Below, piece by piece: positions 61,785 through 64,000 of a DNA stretch of 64,000 bases (positions are counted from its first letter, which is position 1; every line of letters starts with the position of its first letter). The stretch comes from an uncultured Verrucomicrobiae bacterium (GTDB taxonomy: Bacteria > Verrucomicrobiota > Verrucomicrobiia > Limisphaerales > Palsa-1400). The position numbers and the translations under genes were made by a program. Location of the stretch: contig CAVXRD010000002.1 of assembly GCA_963764165.1 (NCBI GenBank), positions 1,920,001-1,984,000 on the forward strand, read 5' to 3'. The notes beneath the pieces are model-generated. The model searched no databases. It was not told the DNA's origin and worked only from the letters and a program-made list of their open reading frames with translations.

Positions 61785-62359
61785 GTTCGCGGCTCTCGTT
61801 TTCCGGCAATCTCAACAGCGCCAATGATCCGTATTACGGGATGTGGCTCAACTACACCGGCAGCGGAATCTCGTTCCTTTTGGAAGGCTCCAAGTTCTAT
61901 GCCGCGCCCAGCACGAATTCGCCCTACACTCTCCAACTTTCCGTCGATGGCGCAGGCAACGGCACAGCGTTGCTGGCGGACACGAATGGAAACATCCTGT
62001 CGTTGGAAACAGAGCTATCCGTGGGCCTCGATCCTCTCTGCGTGGTGCTGGCGCAGCGTGAAGGCCAGCCCAATCCAAACGCCGTCGGAACAAATGTCTC
62101 CATCTGGAATTGCGCGACGGTAGTCAGCGGCGCCATTCCTCCCGTCCAAATTGCCCCGGGCTATCCGCAGAGCGTGACGCCGTCCGGCTTCAAGATGATG
62201 CTGCAGGGGCCAATTGGCTCCAATTACGTCATTGAGACATCGACTGATCTTCAGTCGTGGTCGACGCTGACCAACATCGTTAGCACGAATACGCCGTTCT
62301 TTTTCAATGACGCGACGCGCGGCGCAGCGCGATACTACCGGGCAGGATTGCAACGGTGA
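61775..62359 (+). pseudogene. 3' fragment of a second secreted protein
   Basis: No signal peptide; frame closed by TGA at 61757; ends GSNYVIETSTDLQSW...RYYRA. Confidence 0.55.
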
Positions 62360-62563
62360 TAGACTGGCCGAGAGGCGGCAATCGTCACTTGCGTCTCACC
62401 CAGCTTCAGCGACACCACGTGCCGGGGTTCGAATCTCCCCCTCCCCGCCAATTTTTCCCGCCCACCGCCGCTTGCTCCATCGTCAATGGCTCTCAAATAT
62501 AATTCGCAGGCCACAATTTTTTTCAAAGGTTTCCGGGCACCCGGCAGTCAAACGGGCTGTAGC

Positions 62564-64000
62564 ATGAAATTCCGGCGCGTCCTACTCATCGGTTTGCTTA
62601 TTGCCTCCATCGGCGTCTTAATTGGCGTGCGCATTTACACATCCCGCCTGCCGTCCCGGATCGGCACGTTTTCAGACGAAGAGTTCATCGCGGCGCGGCG
62701 GCTGGCGGGTGATTCCAATGAGCCGGCGCCGACGATGATCGTTCAAACTCCAATCGATTATTCCAAGCGCGTTCGCGTTTCCATCGGCAGCTTGGGGCTC
62801 CGCGGGGACGAGGATCAAAAAGTGGCCGCGCTCACGCTCGCCAACCTCAGCGCGGCCCGAGGTGTGGAATTGATCGAGCGAGAGGAGTTGGAGAAAGCGC
62901 TGCAGGAAATCCATATGCTCATGGACGGCTTCGTCCGGGCAAAGGACACTCTGCAGGTCGGCCAGATCCTTCACGCTGACTGGTTTGTCCTCGGTTCGTG
63001 GTATGATTTCAACGGAACAAATTCCGTCGTCATCCGAATTGTTGACGCGCACACGGGCGTTTTGCGCGCCGCGCGATTTCTCGACGGAGACTCCAGCCCG
63101 GCCCAAATGGCGGCGGAGCTGGCGGAGATTGTTCAAAATGCCCGCTCGCTCGCCACCACGACGAATCCTCCCGTGTTCGTGGGCTTGAGCGGATTTGACA
63201 ACGTAGGCGTCAATGACCGCCTGGCGGATTTCCCTCAGCAGCTCCGCGCCGGACTCACCGCCGAATATCGGGATTCGCACATCACCCTGGTGGAGCGCGA
63301 ACGCGTGGGCTTCCTGCTCCACGAAATGGCTCTCGACGCGTCCGGCTTCGCGGATTCCTCGAACAGCGCTCCGTTCGTTCCGCAGCCGGCGTTCTGGATT
63401 GTGGGCGGCTCTTACCAATCGTACGAAACAACCCAGCGCACCGTCGAACTCCGCGTCGAGATCGATCAAGTCTTCGGCACCTTGCGCGAAAAGTCGTTCC
63501 GGGTGCCAACGGGAGCGGAAGCTGTCGCGGCGGTGAAATCGTATGTGGACCAGACGATCGCCGCGCGAAGCCCGGCCGTGCATTACTCGAGAGTCACCGA
63601 AGCAAGCTGGTATCTTGATGTTGGAAAGCGAATTGCGGGATTGACTCCTGGCTCCCGGTCTTCGATTTTCAACACCACATACTCCCAGCAGCCAACGCCC
63701 ATGGAAGCGCGAAACATTCGCGAGGCGATGTCCGCCTTTCAATCCGCTGTTTTGCTGGAACCCACGAATCGGCCGGCGCGTTTGTATCTGGCCCAATGCC
63801 TGAAAATGCATTCCATCGGCAAGTATGAGGAGGCGCGTGAGATGCTGAAAAGCATCATCGATGAGGGTGTCCGCGACCAGTGGAAGATTCCCGCAGAAAT
63901 GCAGATGCAATTTCGCTACGAGATTAGCACGGAGAATATGGTGCGGTGGCTTGACGAGGCCGCGGCCAAGGCCACAAACGCAGTGGCAGCCGATTTTTAC
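62564..64000 (+). CDS. CsgG/HfaB-like domain + TPR protein (3'-partial)
   Basis: Hand translation MKFRRVLLIG...VELIEREELEKALQE...VGQILHADWFVLGS...IRIVDAHTG; absent from the ORF track, consistent with running off the window. Confidence 0.65.
   Translation, partial: MKFRRVLLIGLLIASIGVLIGVRIYTSRLPSRIGTFSDEEFIAARRLAGDSNEPAPTMIVQTPIDYSKRVRVSIGSLGLRGDEDQKVAALTLANLSAARGVELIEREELEKALQEIHMLMDGFVRAKDTLQVGQILHADWFVLGSWYDFNGTNSVVIRIVDAHTGVLRAARFLDGDSSPAQMAAELAEIVQNARSLATTTNPPVFVGLSGFDNVGVNDRLADFPQQLRAGLTAEYRDSHITLVERERVGFLLHEMALDASGFADSSNSAPFVPQPAFWIVGGSYQSYETTQRTVELRVEIDQVFGTLREKSFRVPTGAEAVAAVKSYVDQTIAARSPAVHYSRVTEASWYLDVGKRIAGLTPGSRSSIFNTTYSQQPTPMEARNIREAMSAFQSAVLLEPTNRPARLYLAQCLKMHSIGKYEEAREMLKSIIDEGVRDQWKIPAEMQMQFRYEISTENMVRWLDEAAAKATNAVAADFY

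Noticed and set aside
62357..62450. Second complete tRNA gene
   Set aside because: Only a degenerate T-arm and 3' end; no anticodon arm or matching acceptor strand, so treated as attR
62672..63910. 412-aa minus-strand ORF
   Set aside because: Shadow of the plus-strand CsgG-like gene starting at 62564

Overview
A GC-rich bacterial window. The gene families (prepilin/H-X9-DG proteins, an ECF-sigma-type C-terminal extension, proteins ending in a YxIxxSTxLxxW...RYYR domain) point to Verrucomicrobiota, Pedosphaera-like; this is an inference. Core genes: a ParE/addiction-module TA pair, a POT transporter, EcsC, sufT, galM, a minor-pilin/PilX/PilM operon running into DAG kinase-psd-pssA-LysE, a pyrimidine catabolic neighbourhood (cytosine deaminase, LOG, a plant-type preA, mmsA), SulP, a serA-like gene, two amidohydrolases, purL-purQ-purS, uvrB and tRNA-Ser(GCT). 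Mobile DNA is abundant. There are at least five families of REP-like palindromic repeats, an IS1182 inserted into one REP, and an IS200/RAYT-like gene flanked by long inverted repeats. A ~17 kb tyrosine-integrase island (about 37131-54148) appears to have integrated inside a dispersed ACACAGAT repeat instead of a tRNA. A ~5.6 kb decaying island sits at tRNA-Ser. Best novelty candidates: (1) an island locus encoding an HTH/degenerate nucleotide-cyclase/FCD fusion regulator with paired TTACG-N3-CGTAA boxes, coupled to a heme-oxygenase-like diiron enzyme and near a Na+/solute symporter; (2) the repeat-targeting integrase; (3) a ~200 nt nested, switch-like structured leader with a terminator upstream of a prepilin gene. 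All family calls come from motif recognition by eye; no searches were run.
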